A stretch of 64,000 bases of DNA from the human T2T-CHM13v2.0 reference genome, Homo sapiens: the NCBI RefSeq assembly GCF_009914755.1, contig NC_060931.1; one strand, 5' to 3'. A program made the position numbers and the translations under genes. The notes beneath the pieces are model-generated. The model had not been told where the DNA came from and made no database searches. It saw only the letters and a list, made by a program, of their open reading frames with translations. This document shows positions 26,201 through 38,100 of the stretch, piece after piece. Numbering within the stretch: position 1 is the first letter of the stretch; every line of letters begins with the position of its first letter.

Positions 26201-29200
26201 CAGAGCAGATTTGAAACACTCTTTTTGTGGAATTTGCAAGTGGAGATTTCTAGCCATTTGATGCCAACAGTAGAAAGGGAAATATCTTCAAATAAAAACC
26301 AGACAGAATCATTCTCAGAAAATTCTTTGTGATGTGTGCGTTCAACTCACATAGTTTAACCTTTCTTTTCATAGAGCAGTTTGGAAACACTCTGTTTGTA
26401 AAGTCTGCAAGTGGATATATGGACCGCATTGAGGCCTTCGTTGGAAACGGGATTTCTTCATTTCATGCTAGACAGAAGAATTCTCAGTAACTTCTTTGTG
26501 CTGTGTGTATTCAACTCACAGAGTGGAACGTCCCTTTGCACAGAGCAGATTTGAAACACTCTTTTTGTGGAGTTTGCAAGTGGAGATTTCAAGCGATTTG
26601 ATGCCAACAGTAGAAAAGGAAATATCTTCAAATAAAAACTAGACAGAATCATTCTCAGAAACTACTTTGTGATGTGTGCCTTCAACTCACAGAGTTTAAC
26701 CTTTCTTTTCTTAGAGCAGTTTAGAAACACTCTGCTTGTTATGTCTGCAAGTGGATATTTGGACCTCTTTGAGGCCTTCGTTGCAAACGGGGTTTCTTCC
26801 TTTCATGCTAGACTAAGAAGAGTTCTCAGTAACTTTTTTGTGTTGTGTGTATTCAACTCACAGAGTTGAACCTTGCTTTAGAGAGAGCAGATTTGAAACA
26901 CTCTTGCTGTGGCATTTTCAGGTGGAGATTTCAAGCGATTTGAGGACAATTGCAGAAAAGGAAATATCTTCGTATAATAACCAGACAGAATCATTCTCAG
27001 AAAGTGCTTTGTGATGTGTGCGTTCAACTCACAGAGTTTAACCTTTCTTTTCATAGAGGAGTTTGGAAACACACTGTTTGTAAAGTCTGCAAGTGGATAC
27101 ATGGACCTGTTTGAGGCCTTCGTTGGAAACGGGATTTCTTCATTGAATGCTAGACGGAAGAATTCTCAGTAAATTCTTTGTGTTGTGTGCATTCAACTCA
27201 CAGAGTGGAACGTCCCTTTAGACAGAGCAGATTTGAAACACTCTTTTTGCGGAATTTGCAAGTGGAGATTTCTAGCCATTTGATGCCAACAGTAGAAAGG
27301 GAAATATCTTCAAATAAAAACCAGACAGAATCATTCTCAGAAAATTCTTTGTGATGTGTGCGTTCAACTCACATAGTTTAACCTTTCTTTTCATAGAGCA
27401 GTTTGGAAACACTCTGTTTGTAAAGTCTGCAAGTGGATATATGGACCGCATTGAGGCCTTCGTTGGAAACGGGATTTCTTCATTTCATGCTAGACAGAAG
27501 AATTCTCAGTAACTTCTTTGTGCTGTGTGTATTCAACTCACAGAGTGGAACGTCCCTTTGCAGAGAGCAGATTTGAAACACTCTTTTTGTGGAGTTTGCA
27601 AGTGGAGATTTCAAGCGATTTGATGCCAACAGTAGAAAAGGAAATATCTTCAAATAAAAACTAGACAGAATCATTCTCAGAAACTACTTTGTGATGTGTG
27701 CCTTCAACTCACAGAGTTTAACCTTTCTTTTCTTAGAGCAGTTTAGAAACACTCTGCTTGTTACGTCTGCAAGTGGATATTTGGACCTCTTTGAGGCCTT
27801 CGTTGCAAACGGGGTTTCTTCCTTTCATGCTAGACTAAGAAGAGTTCTCAGTAACTTTTTTGTGTTGTGTGTATTCAACTCACAGAGTTGAACCTTGCTT
27901 TAGAGAGAGCAGATTTGAAACACTCTTGCTGTGGCATTTTCAGGTGGAGATTTCAAGCGATTTGAGGACAATTGCAGAAAAGGAAATATCTTCGTATAAT
28001 AACCAGACAGAATCATTCTCAGAAAGTGCTTTGTGATGTGTGCGTTCAACTCACAGAGTTTAACCTTTCTTTTCATAGAGGAGTTTGGAAACACACTGTT
28101 TGTAAAGTCTGCAAGTGGATATATGGACCTGTTTGAGGCCTTCGTTGGAAACGGGATTTCCTCATTGAATGCTTGAGGGAAGAATTCTCAGTAAATTCTT
28201 TGTGTTGTGTGCATTCAACTCACAGAGTGGAACGTCCCTTTAGACAGAGCACATTTGAAACACTCTTTTTGCGGAATTTGCAAGTGGAGATTTCTAGCCA
28301 TTTGATGCCAACAGTAGAAAGGGAAATATCTTCAAATAAAAACCAGACAGAATCATTCTCAGAAAATTCTTTGTGATGTGTGCGTTCAACTCACATAGTT
28401 TAACCTTTCTTTTCATAGAGCAGTTTGGAAACACTCTGTTTGTAAAGTCTGCAAGTGGATATATGGACCGCATTGAGGCCTTCGTTGGAAACGGGATTTC
28501 TTCATTTCATGCTAGACAGAAGAATTCTCAGTAACTTCTTTGTGCTGTGTGTATTCAACTCACAGAGTGGAACGTCCCTTTGCACAGAGCAGATTTGAAA
28601 CACTCTTTTTGTGGAGTTTGCAAGTGGAGATTTCAAGCGATTTGATGCCAACAGTAGAAAAGGAAATATCTTCAAATAAAAACTAGACAGAATCATTCTC
28701 AGAAACTACTTTGTGATGTGTGCCTTCAACTCACAGAGTTTAACCTTTCTTTTCTTAGAGCAGTTTAGAAACACTCTGCTTGTTATGTCTGCAAGTGGAT
28801 ATTTGGACCTCTTTGAGGCCTTCGTTGCAAACGGGGTTTCTTCCTTTCATGCTAGACTAAGAAGAGTTCTCAGTAACTTTTTTGTGTTGTGTGTATTCAA
28901 CTCACAGAGTTGAACCTTGCTTTAGAGAGAGCAGATTTGAAACACTCTTGCTGTGGCATTTTCAGGTGGAGATTTCAAGCGATTTGAGGACAATTGCAGA
29001 AAAGGAAATATCTTCGTATAATAACCAGACAGAATCATTCTCAGAAAGTGCTTTGTGATGTGTGCGTTCAACTCACAGAGTTTAACCTTTCTTTTCATAG
29101 AGGAGTTTGGAAACACACTGTTTGTAAAGTCTGCAAGTGGATACATGGACCTGTTTGAGGCCTTCGTTGGAAACGGGATTTCTTCATTGAATGCTAGACG

Positions 29201-32200
29201 GAAGAATTCTCAGTAAATTCTTTGTGTTGTGTGCATTCAACTCACAGAGTGGAACGTCCCTTTAGACAGAGCAGATTTGAAACACTCTTTTTGCGGAATT
29301 TGCAAGTGGAGATTTCTAGCCATTTGATGCCAACAGTAGAAAGGGAAATATCTTCAAATAAAAACCAGACAGAATCATTCTCAGAAAATTCTTTGTGATG
29401 TGTGCGTTCAACTCACATAGTTTAACCTTTCTTTTCATAGAGCAGTTTGGAAACACTCTGTTTGTAAAGTCTGCAAGTGGATATATGGACCGCATTGAGG
29501 CCTTCGTTGGAAACGGGATTTCTTCATTTCATGCTAGACAGAAGAATTCTCAGTAACTTCTTTGTGCTGTGTGTATTCAACTCACAGAGTGGAACGTCCC
29601 TTTGCAGAGAGCAGATTTGAAACACTCTTTTTGTGGAGTTTGCAAGTGGAGATTTCAAGCGATTTGATGCCAACAGTAGAAAAGGAAATATCTTCAAATA
29701 AAAACTAGACAGAATCATTCTCAGAAACTACTTTGTGATGTGTGCCTTCAACTCACAGAGTTTAACCTTTCTTTTCTTAGAGCAGTTTAGAAACACTCTG
29801 CTTGTTACGTCTGCAAGTGGATATTTGGACCTCTTTGAGGCCTTCGTTGCAAACGGGGTTTCTTCCTTTCATGCTAGACTAAGAAGAGTTCTCAGTAACT
29901 TTTTTGTGTTGTGTGTATTCAACTCACAGAGTTGAACCTTGCTTTAGAGAGAGCAGATTTGAAACACTCTTGCTGTGGCATTTTCAGGTGGAGATTTCAA
30001 GCGATTTGAGGACAATTGCAGAAAAGGAAATATCTTCGTATAATAACCAGACAGAATCATTCTCAGAAAGTGCTTTGTGATGTGTGCGTTCAACTCACAG
30101 AGTTTAACCTTTCTTTTCATAGAGGAGTTTGGAAACACACTGTTTGTAAAGTCTGCAAGTGGATATATGGACCTGTTTGAGGCCTTCGTTGGAAACGGGA
30201 TTTCCTCATTGAATGCTTGAGGGAAGAATTCTCAGTAAATTCTTTGTGTTGTGTGCATTCAACTCACAGAGTGGAACGTCCCTTTAGACAGAGCACATTT
30301 GAAACACTCTTTTTGCGGAATTTGCAAGTGGAGATTTCTAGCCATTTGATGCCAACAGTAGAAAGGGAAATATCTTCAAATAAAAACCAGACAGAATCAT
30401 TCTCAGAAAATTCTTTGTGATGTGTGCGTTCAACTCACATAGTTTAACCTTTCTTTTCATAGAGCAGTTTGGAAACACTCTGTTTGTAAAGTCTGCAAGT
30501 GGATATATGGACCGCATTGAGGCCTTCGTTGGAAACGGGATTTCTTCATTTCATGCTAGACAGAAGAATTCTCAGTAACTTCTTTGTGCTGTGTGTATTC
30601 AACTCACAGAGTGGAACGTCCCTTTGCACAGAGCAGATTTGAAACACTCTTTTTGTGGAGTTTGCAAGTGGAGATTTCAAGCGATTTGATGCCAACAGTA
30701 GAAAAGGAAATATCTTCAAATAAAAACTAGACAGAATCATTCTCAGAAACTACTTTGTGATGTGTGCCTTCAACTCACAGAGTTTAACCTTTCTTTTCTT
30801 AGAGCAGTTTAGAAACACTCTGCTTGTTACGTCTGCAAGTGGATATTTGGACCTCTTTGAGGCCTTCGTTGCAAACGGGGTTTCTTCCTTTCATGCTAGA
30901 CTAAGAAGAGTTCTCAGTAACTTTTTTGTGTTGTGTGTATTCAACTCACAGAGTTGAACCTTGCTTTAGAGAGAGCAGATTTGAAACACTCTTGCTGTGG
31001 CATTTTCAGGTGGAGATTTCAAGCGATTTGAGGACAATTGCAGAAAAGGAAATATCTTCGTATAATAACCAGACAGAATCATTCTCAGAAAGTGCTTTGT
31101 GATGTGTGCGTTCAACTCACAGAGTTTAACCTTTCTTTTCATAGAGGAGTTTGGAAAGACACTGTTTGTAAGGACTGCAAGTGGATATATGGACCTGTTT
31201 GAGGCCTTCGTTGGAAACGGGATTTCTTCATTGAATGCTAGACGGAAGAATTCTCAGTAAATTCTTTGTGTTGTGTGCATTCAACTCACAGAGTGGAACG
31301 TCCCTTTAGACAGAGCAGATTTGAAACACTCTTTTTGTGGAATTTGCAAGTGGAGATTTCTAGCCATTTGATGCCAACAGTAGAAAGGGAAATATCTTCA
31401 AATAAAAACCAGACAGAATCATTCTCAGAAAATTCTTTGTGATGTGTGCGTTCAACTCACATAGTTTAACCTTTCTTTTCATAGAGCAGTTTGGAAACAC
31501 TCTGTTTGTAAAGTCTGCAAGTGGATATATGGACCGCATTGAGGCCTTCGTTGGAAACGGGATTTCTTCATTTCATGCTAGACAGAAGAATTCTCAGTAA
31601 CTTCTTTGTGCTGTGTGTATTCAACTCACAGAGTGGAACGTCCCTTTGCACAGAGCAGATTTGAAACACTCTTTTTGTGGAGTTTGCAAGTGGAGATTTC
31701 AAGCGATTTGATGCCAACAGTAGAAAAGGAAATATCTTCAAATAAAAACTAGACAGAATCATTCTCAGAAACTACTTTGTGATGTGTGCCTTCAACTCAC
31801 AGAGTTTAACCTTTCTTTTCTTAGAGCAGTTTAGAAACACTCTGCTTGTTATGTCTGCAAGTGGATATTTGGACCTCTTTGAGGCCTTCGTTGCAAACGG
31901 GGTTTCTTCCTTTCATGCTAGACTAAGAAGAGTTCTCAGTAACTTTTTTGTGTTGTGTGTATTCAACTCACAGAGTTGAACCTTGCTTTAGAGAGAGCAG
32001 ATTTGAAACACTCTTGCTGTGGCATTTTCAGGTGGAGATTTCAAGCGATTTGAGGACAATTGCAGAAAAGGAAATATCTTCGTATAATAACCAGACAGAA
32101 TCATTCTCAGAAAGTGCTTTGTGATGTGTGCGTTCAACTCACAGAGTTTAACCTTTCTTTTCATAGAGGAGTTTGGAAACACACTGTTTGTAAAGTCTGC

Positions 32201-33803
32201 AAGTGGATACATGGACCTGTTTGAGGCCTTCGTTGGAAACGGGATTTCTTCATTGAATGCTAGACGGAAGAATTCTCAGTAAATTCTTTGTGTTGTGTGC
32301 ATTCAACTCACAGAGTGGAACGTCCCTTTAGACAGAGCAGATTTGAAACACTCTTTTTGCGGAATTTGCAAGTGGAGATTTCTAGCCATTTGATGCCAAC
32401 AGTAGAAAGGGAAATATCTTCAAATAAAAACCAGACAGAATCATTCTCAGAAAATTCTTTGTGATGTGTGCGTTCAACTCACATAGTTTAACCTTTCTTT
32501 TCATAGAGCAGTTTGGAAACACTCTGTTTGTAAAGTCTGCAAGTGGATATATGGACCGCATTGAGGCCTTCGTTGGAAACGGGATTTCTTCATTTCATGC
32601 TAGACAGAAGAATTCTCAGTAACTTCTTTGTGCTGTGTGTATTCAACTCACAGAGTGGAACGTCCCTTTGCAGAGAGCAGATTTGAAACACTCTTTTTGT
32701 GGAGTTTGCAAGTGGAGATTTCAAGCGATTTGATGCCAACAGTAGAAAAGGAAATATCTTCAAATAAAAACTAGACAGAATCATTCTCAGAAACTACTTT
32801 GTGATGTGTGCCTTCAACTCACAGAGTTTAACCTTTCTTTTCTTAGAGCAGTTTAGAAACACTCTGCTTGTTACGTCTGCAAGTGGATATTTGGACCTCT
32901 TTGAGGCCTTCGTTGCAAACGGGGTTTCTTCCTTTCATGCTAGACTAAGAAGAGTTCTCAGTAACTTTTTTGTGTTGTGTGTATTCAACTCACAGAGTTG
33001 AACCTTGCTTTAGAGAGAGCAGATTTGAAACACTCTTGCTGTGGCATTTTCAGGTGGAGATTTCAAGCGATTTGAGGACAATTGCAGAAAAGGAAATATC
33101 TTCGTATAATAACCAGACAGAATCATTCTCAGAAAGTGCTTTGTGATGTGTGCGTTCAACTCACAGAGTTTAACCTTTCTTTTCATAGAGGAGTTTGGAA
33201 ACACACTGTTTGTAAAGTCTGCAAGTGGATATATGGACCTGTTTGAGGCCTTCGTTGGAAACGGGATTTCCTCATTGAATGCTTGAGGGAAGAATTCTCA
33301 GTAAATTCTTTGTGTTGTGTGCATTCAACTCACAGAGTGGAACGTCCCTTTAGACAGAGCAGATTTGAAACACTCTTTTTGCGGAATTTGCAAGTGGAGA
33401 TTTCTAGCCATTTGATGCCAACAGTAGAAAGGGAAATATCTTCAAATAAAAACCAGACAGAATCATTCTCAGAAAATTCTTTGTGATGTGTGCGTTCAAC
33501 TCACATAGTTTAACCTTTCTTTTCATAGAGCAGTTTGGAAACACTCTGTTTGTAAAGTCTGCAAGTGGATATATGGACCGCATTGAGGCCTTCGTTGGAA
33601 ACGGGATTTCTTCATTTCATGCTAGACAGAAGAATTCTCAGTAACTTCTTTGTGCTGTGTGTATTCAACTCACAGAGTGGAACGTCCCTTTACACAGAGC
33701 AGATTTGAAACACTCTTTTTGTGGAGTTTGCAAGTGGAGATTTCAAGCGATTTGATGCCAACAGTAGAAAAGGAAATATCTTCAAATAAAAACTAGACAG
33801 AAT

Positions 33804-35165
33804 CATTCTCAGAAACTACTTTGTGATGTGTGCCTTCAACTCACAGAGTTTAACCTTTCTTTTCTTAGAGCAGTTTAGAAACACTCTGCTTGTTATGTCT
33901 GCAAGTGGATATTTGGACCTCTTTGAGGCCTTCGTTGCAAACGGGGTTTCTTCCTTTCATGCTAGACTAAGAAGAGTTCTCAGTAACTTTTTTGTGTTGT
34001 GTGAATTCAACTCACAGAGTTGAACCTTGCTTTAGAGAGAGCAGATTTGAAACACTCTTGCTGTGGCATTTTCAGGTGGAGATTTCAAGCGATTTGAGGA
34101 CAATTGCAGAAAAGGAAATATCTTCGTATAATAACCAGACAGAATCATTCTCAGAAAGTGCTTTGTGATGTGTGCGTTCAACTCACAGAGTTTAACCTTT
34201 CTTTTCATAGAGGAGTTTGGAAACACACTGTTTGTAAGGACTGCAAGTGGATATATGGACCTGTTTGAGGCCTTCGTTGGAAACGGGATTTCTTCATTGA
34301 ATGCTAGACGGAAGAATTCTCAGTAAATTCTTTGTGTTGTGTGCATTCAACTCACAGAGTGGAACGTCCCTTTAGACAGAGCAGATTTGAAACACTCTTT
34401 TTGTGGAATTTGCAAGTGGAGATTTCTAGCCATTTGATGCCAACAGTAGAAAGGGAAATATCTTCAAATAAAAACCAGACAGAATCATTCTCAGAAAATT
34501 CTTTGTGATGTGTGCGTTCAACTCACATAGTTTAACCTTTCTTTTCATAGAGCAGTTTGGAAACACTCTGTTTGTAAAGTCTGCAAGTAGATATATGGAC
34601 CGCATTGAGGCCTTCGTTGGAAACGGGATTTCTTCATTGAATGCTAGACGGAAGAATTCTCAGTAAATTCTTTGTGTTGTGTGCATTCAACTCACAGAGT
34701 GGAACGTCCCTTTAGACAGAGCAGATTTGAAACACTCTTTTTGCGGAATTTGCAAGTGGAGATTTCTAGCCATTTGATGCCAACAGTAGAAAGGGAAATA
34801 TCTTCAAATAAAAACCAGACAGAATCATTCTCAGAAAATTCTTTGTGATGTGTGCGTTCAACTCACATAGTTTAACCTTTCTTTTCATAGAGCAGTTTGG
34901 AAACACTCTGTTTGTAAAGTCTGCAAGTGGATATATGGACCGCATTGAGGCCTTCGTTGGAAACGGGATTTCTTCATTTCATGCTAGACAGAAGAATTCT
35001 CAGTAACTTCTTTGTGCTGTGTGTATTCAACTCACAGAGTGGAACGTCCCTTTGCACAGAGCAGATTTGAAACACTCTTTTTGTGGAGTTTGCAAGTGGA
35101 GATTTCAAGCGATTTGATGCCAACAGTAGAAAAGGAAATATCTTCAAATAAAAACTAGACAGAAT
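33804..35165 (+). repeat. 8-mer structural-variant HOR (1362 bp; extra 340-bp dimer), copy 1
   Basis: Anchor spacing 33823 to 35185 = 1362. After the monomer-5 box (34612-34628) the sequence re-enters the monomer-3/4 flank (cattgaatgctagacgg), so the monomer 4-5 dimer occurs twice. Confidence 0.95.
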
Positions 35166-38100
35166 CATTCTCAGAAACTACTTTGTGATGTGTGCCTTCA
35201 ACTCACAGAGTTTAACCTTTCTTTTCTTAGAGCAGTTTAGAAACACTCTGCTTGTTATGTCTGCAAGTGGATATTTGGACCTCTTTGAGGCCTTCGTTGC
35301 AAACGGGGTTTCTTCCTTTCATGCTAGACTAAGAAGAGTTCTCAGTAACTTTTTTGTGTTGTGTGTATTCAACTCACAGAGTTGAACCTTGCTTTAGAGA
35401 GAGCAGATTTGAAACACTCTTGCTGTGGCATTTTCAGGTGGAGATTTCAAGCGATTTGAGGACAATTGCAGAAAAGGAAATATCTTCGTATAATAACCAG
35501 ACAGAATCATTCTCAGAAAGTGCTTTGTGATGTGTGCGTTCAACTCACAGAGTTTAACCTTTCTTTTCATAGAGGAGTTTGGAAACACACTGTTTGTAAA
35601 GTCTGCAAGTGGATACATGGACCTGTTTGAGGCCTTCGTTGGAAACGGGATTTCTTCATTGAATGCTAGACGGAAGAATTCTCAGTAAATTCTTTGTGTT
35701 GTGTGCATTCAACTCACAGAGTGGAACGTCCCTTTAGACAGAGCAGATTTGAAACACTCTTTTTGCGGAATTTGCAAGTGGAGATTTCTAGCCATTTGAT
35801 GCCAACAGTAGAAAGGGAAATATCTTCAAATAAAAACCAGACAGAGTCATTCTCAGAAAATTCTTTGTGATGTGTGCGTTCAACTCACATAGTTTAACCT
35901 TTCTTTTCATAGAGCAGTTTGGAAACACTCTGTTTGTAAAGTCTGCAAGTGGATATATGGACCGCATTGAGGCCTTCGTTGGAAACGGGATTTCTTCATT
36001 TCATGCTAGACAGAAGAATTCTCAGTAACTTCTTTGTGCTGTGTGTATTCAACTCACAGAGTGGAACGTCCCTTTGCACAGAGCAGATTTGAAACACTCT
36101 TTTTGTGGAGTTTGCAAGTGGAGATTTCAAGCGATTTGATGCCAACAGTAGAAAAGGAAATATCTTCAAATAAAAACTAGACAGAATCATTCTCAGAAAC
36201 TACTTTGTGATGTGTGCCTTCAACTCACAGAGTTTAACCTTTCTTTTCTTAGAGCAGTTTAGAAACACTCTGCTTGTTACGTCTGCAAGTGGATATTTGG
36301 ACCTCTTTGAGGCCTTCGTTGCAAACGGGGTTTCTTCCTTTCATGCTAGACTAAGAAGAGTTCTCAGTAACTTTTTTGTGTTGTGTGTATTCAACTCACA
36401 GAGTTGAACCTTGCTTTAGAGAGAGCAGATTTGAAACACTCTTGCTGTGGCATTTTCAGGTGGAGATTTCAAGCGATTTGAGGACAATTGCAGAAAAGGA
36501 AATATCTTCGTATAATAACCAGACAGAATCATTCTCAGAAAGTGCTTTGTGATGTGTGCGTTCAACTCACAGAGTTTAACCTTTCTTTTCATAGAGGAGT
36601 TTGGAAACACACTGTTTGTAAAGTCTGCAAGTGGATATATGGACCTGTTTGAGGCCTTCGTTGGAAACGGGATTTCCTCATTGAATGCTTGAGGGAAGAA
36701 TTCTCAGTAAATTCTTTGTGTTGTGTGCATTCAACTCACAGAGTGGAACGTCCCTTTAGACAGAGCACATTTGAAACACTCTTTTTGCGGAATTTGCAAG
36801 TGGAGATTTCTAGCCATTTGATGCCAACAGTAGAAAGGGAAATATCTTCAAATAAAAACCAGACAGAATCATTCTCAGAAAATTCTTTGTGATGTGTGCG
36901 TTCAACTCACATAGTTTAACCTTTCTTTTCATAGAGCAGTTTGGAAACACTCTGTTTGTAAAGTCTGCAAGTGGATATATGGACCGCATTGAGGCCTTCG
37001 TTGGAAACGGGATTTCTTCATTTCATGCTAGACAGAAGAATTCTCAGTAACTTCTTTGTGCTGTGTGTATTCAACTCACAGAGTGGAACGTCCCTTTGCA
37101 CAGAGCAGATTTGAAACACTCTTTTTGTGGAGTTTGCAAGTGGAGATTTCAAGCGATTTGATGCCAACAGTAGAAAAGGAAATATCTTCAAATAAAAACT
37201 AGACAGAATCATTCTCAGAAACTACTTTGTGATGTGTGCCTTCAACTCACAGAGTTTAACCTTTCTTTTCTTAGAGCAGTTTAGAAACACTCTGCTTGTT
37301 ACGTCTGCAAGTGGATATTTGGACCTCTTTGAGGCCTTCGTTGCAAACGGGGTTTCTTCCTTTCATGCTAGACTAAGAAGAGTTCTCAGTAACTTTTTTG
37401 TGTTGTGTGTATTCAACTCACAGAGTTGAACCTTGCTTTAGAGAGAGCAGATTTGAAACACTCTTGCTGTGGCATTTTCAGGTGGAGATTTCAAGCGATT
37501 TGAGGACAATTGCAGAAAAGGAAATATCTTCGTATAATAACCAGACAGAATCATTCTCAGAAAGTGCTTTGTGATGTGTGCGTTCAACTCACAGAGTTTA
37601 ACCTTTCTTTTCATAGAGGAGTTTGGAAACACACTGTTTGTAAAGTCTGCAAGTGGATACATGGACCTGTTTGAGGCCTTCGTTGGAAACGGGATTTCTT
37701 CATTGAATGCTAGACGGAAGAATTCTCAGTAAATTCTTTGTGTTGTGTGCATTCAACTCACAGAGTGGAACGTCCCTTTAGACAGAGCAGATTTGAAACA
37801 CTCTTTTTGCGGAATTTGCAAGTGGAGATTTCTAGCCATTTGATGCCAACAGTAGAAAGGGAAATATCTTCAAATAAAAACCAGACAGAATCATTCTCAG
37901 AAAATTCTTTGTGATGTGTGCGTTCAACTCACATAGTTTAACCTTTCTTTTCATAGAGCAGTTTGGAAACACTCTGTTTGTAAAGTCTGCAAGTGGATAT
38001 ATGGACCGCATTGAGGCCTTCGTTGGAAACGGGATTTCTTCATTTCATGCTAGACAGAAGAATTCTCAGTAACTTCTTTGTGCTGTGTGTATTCAACTCA

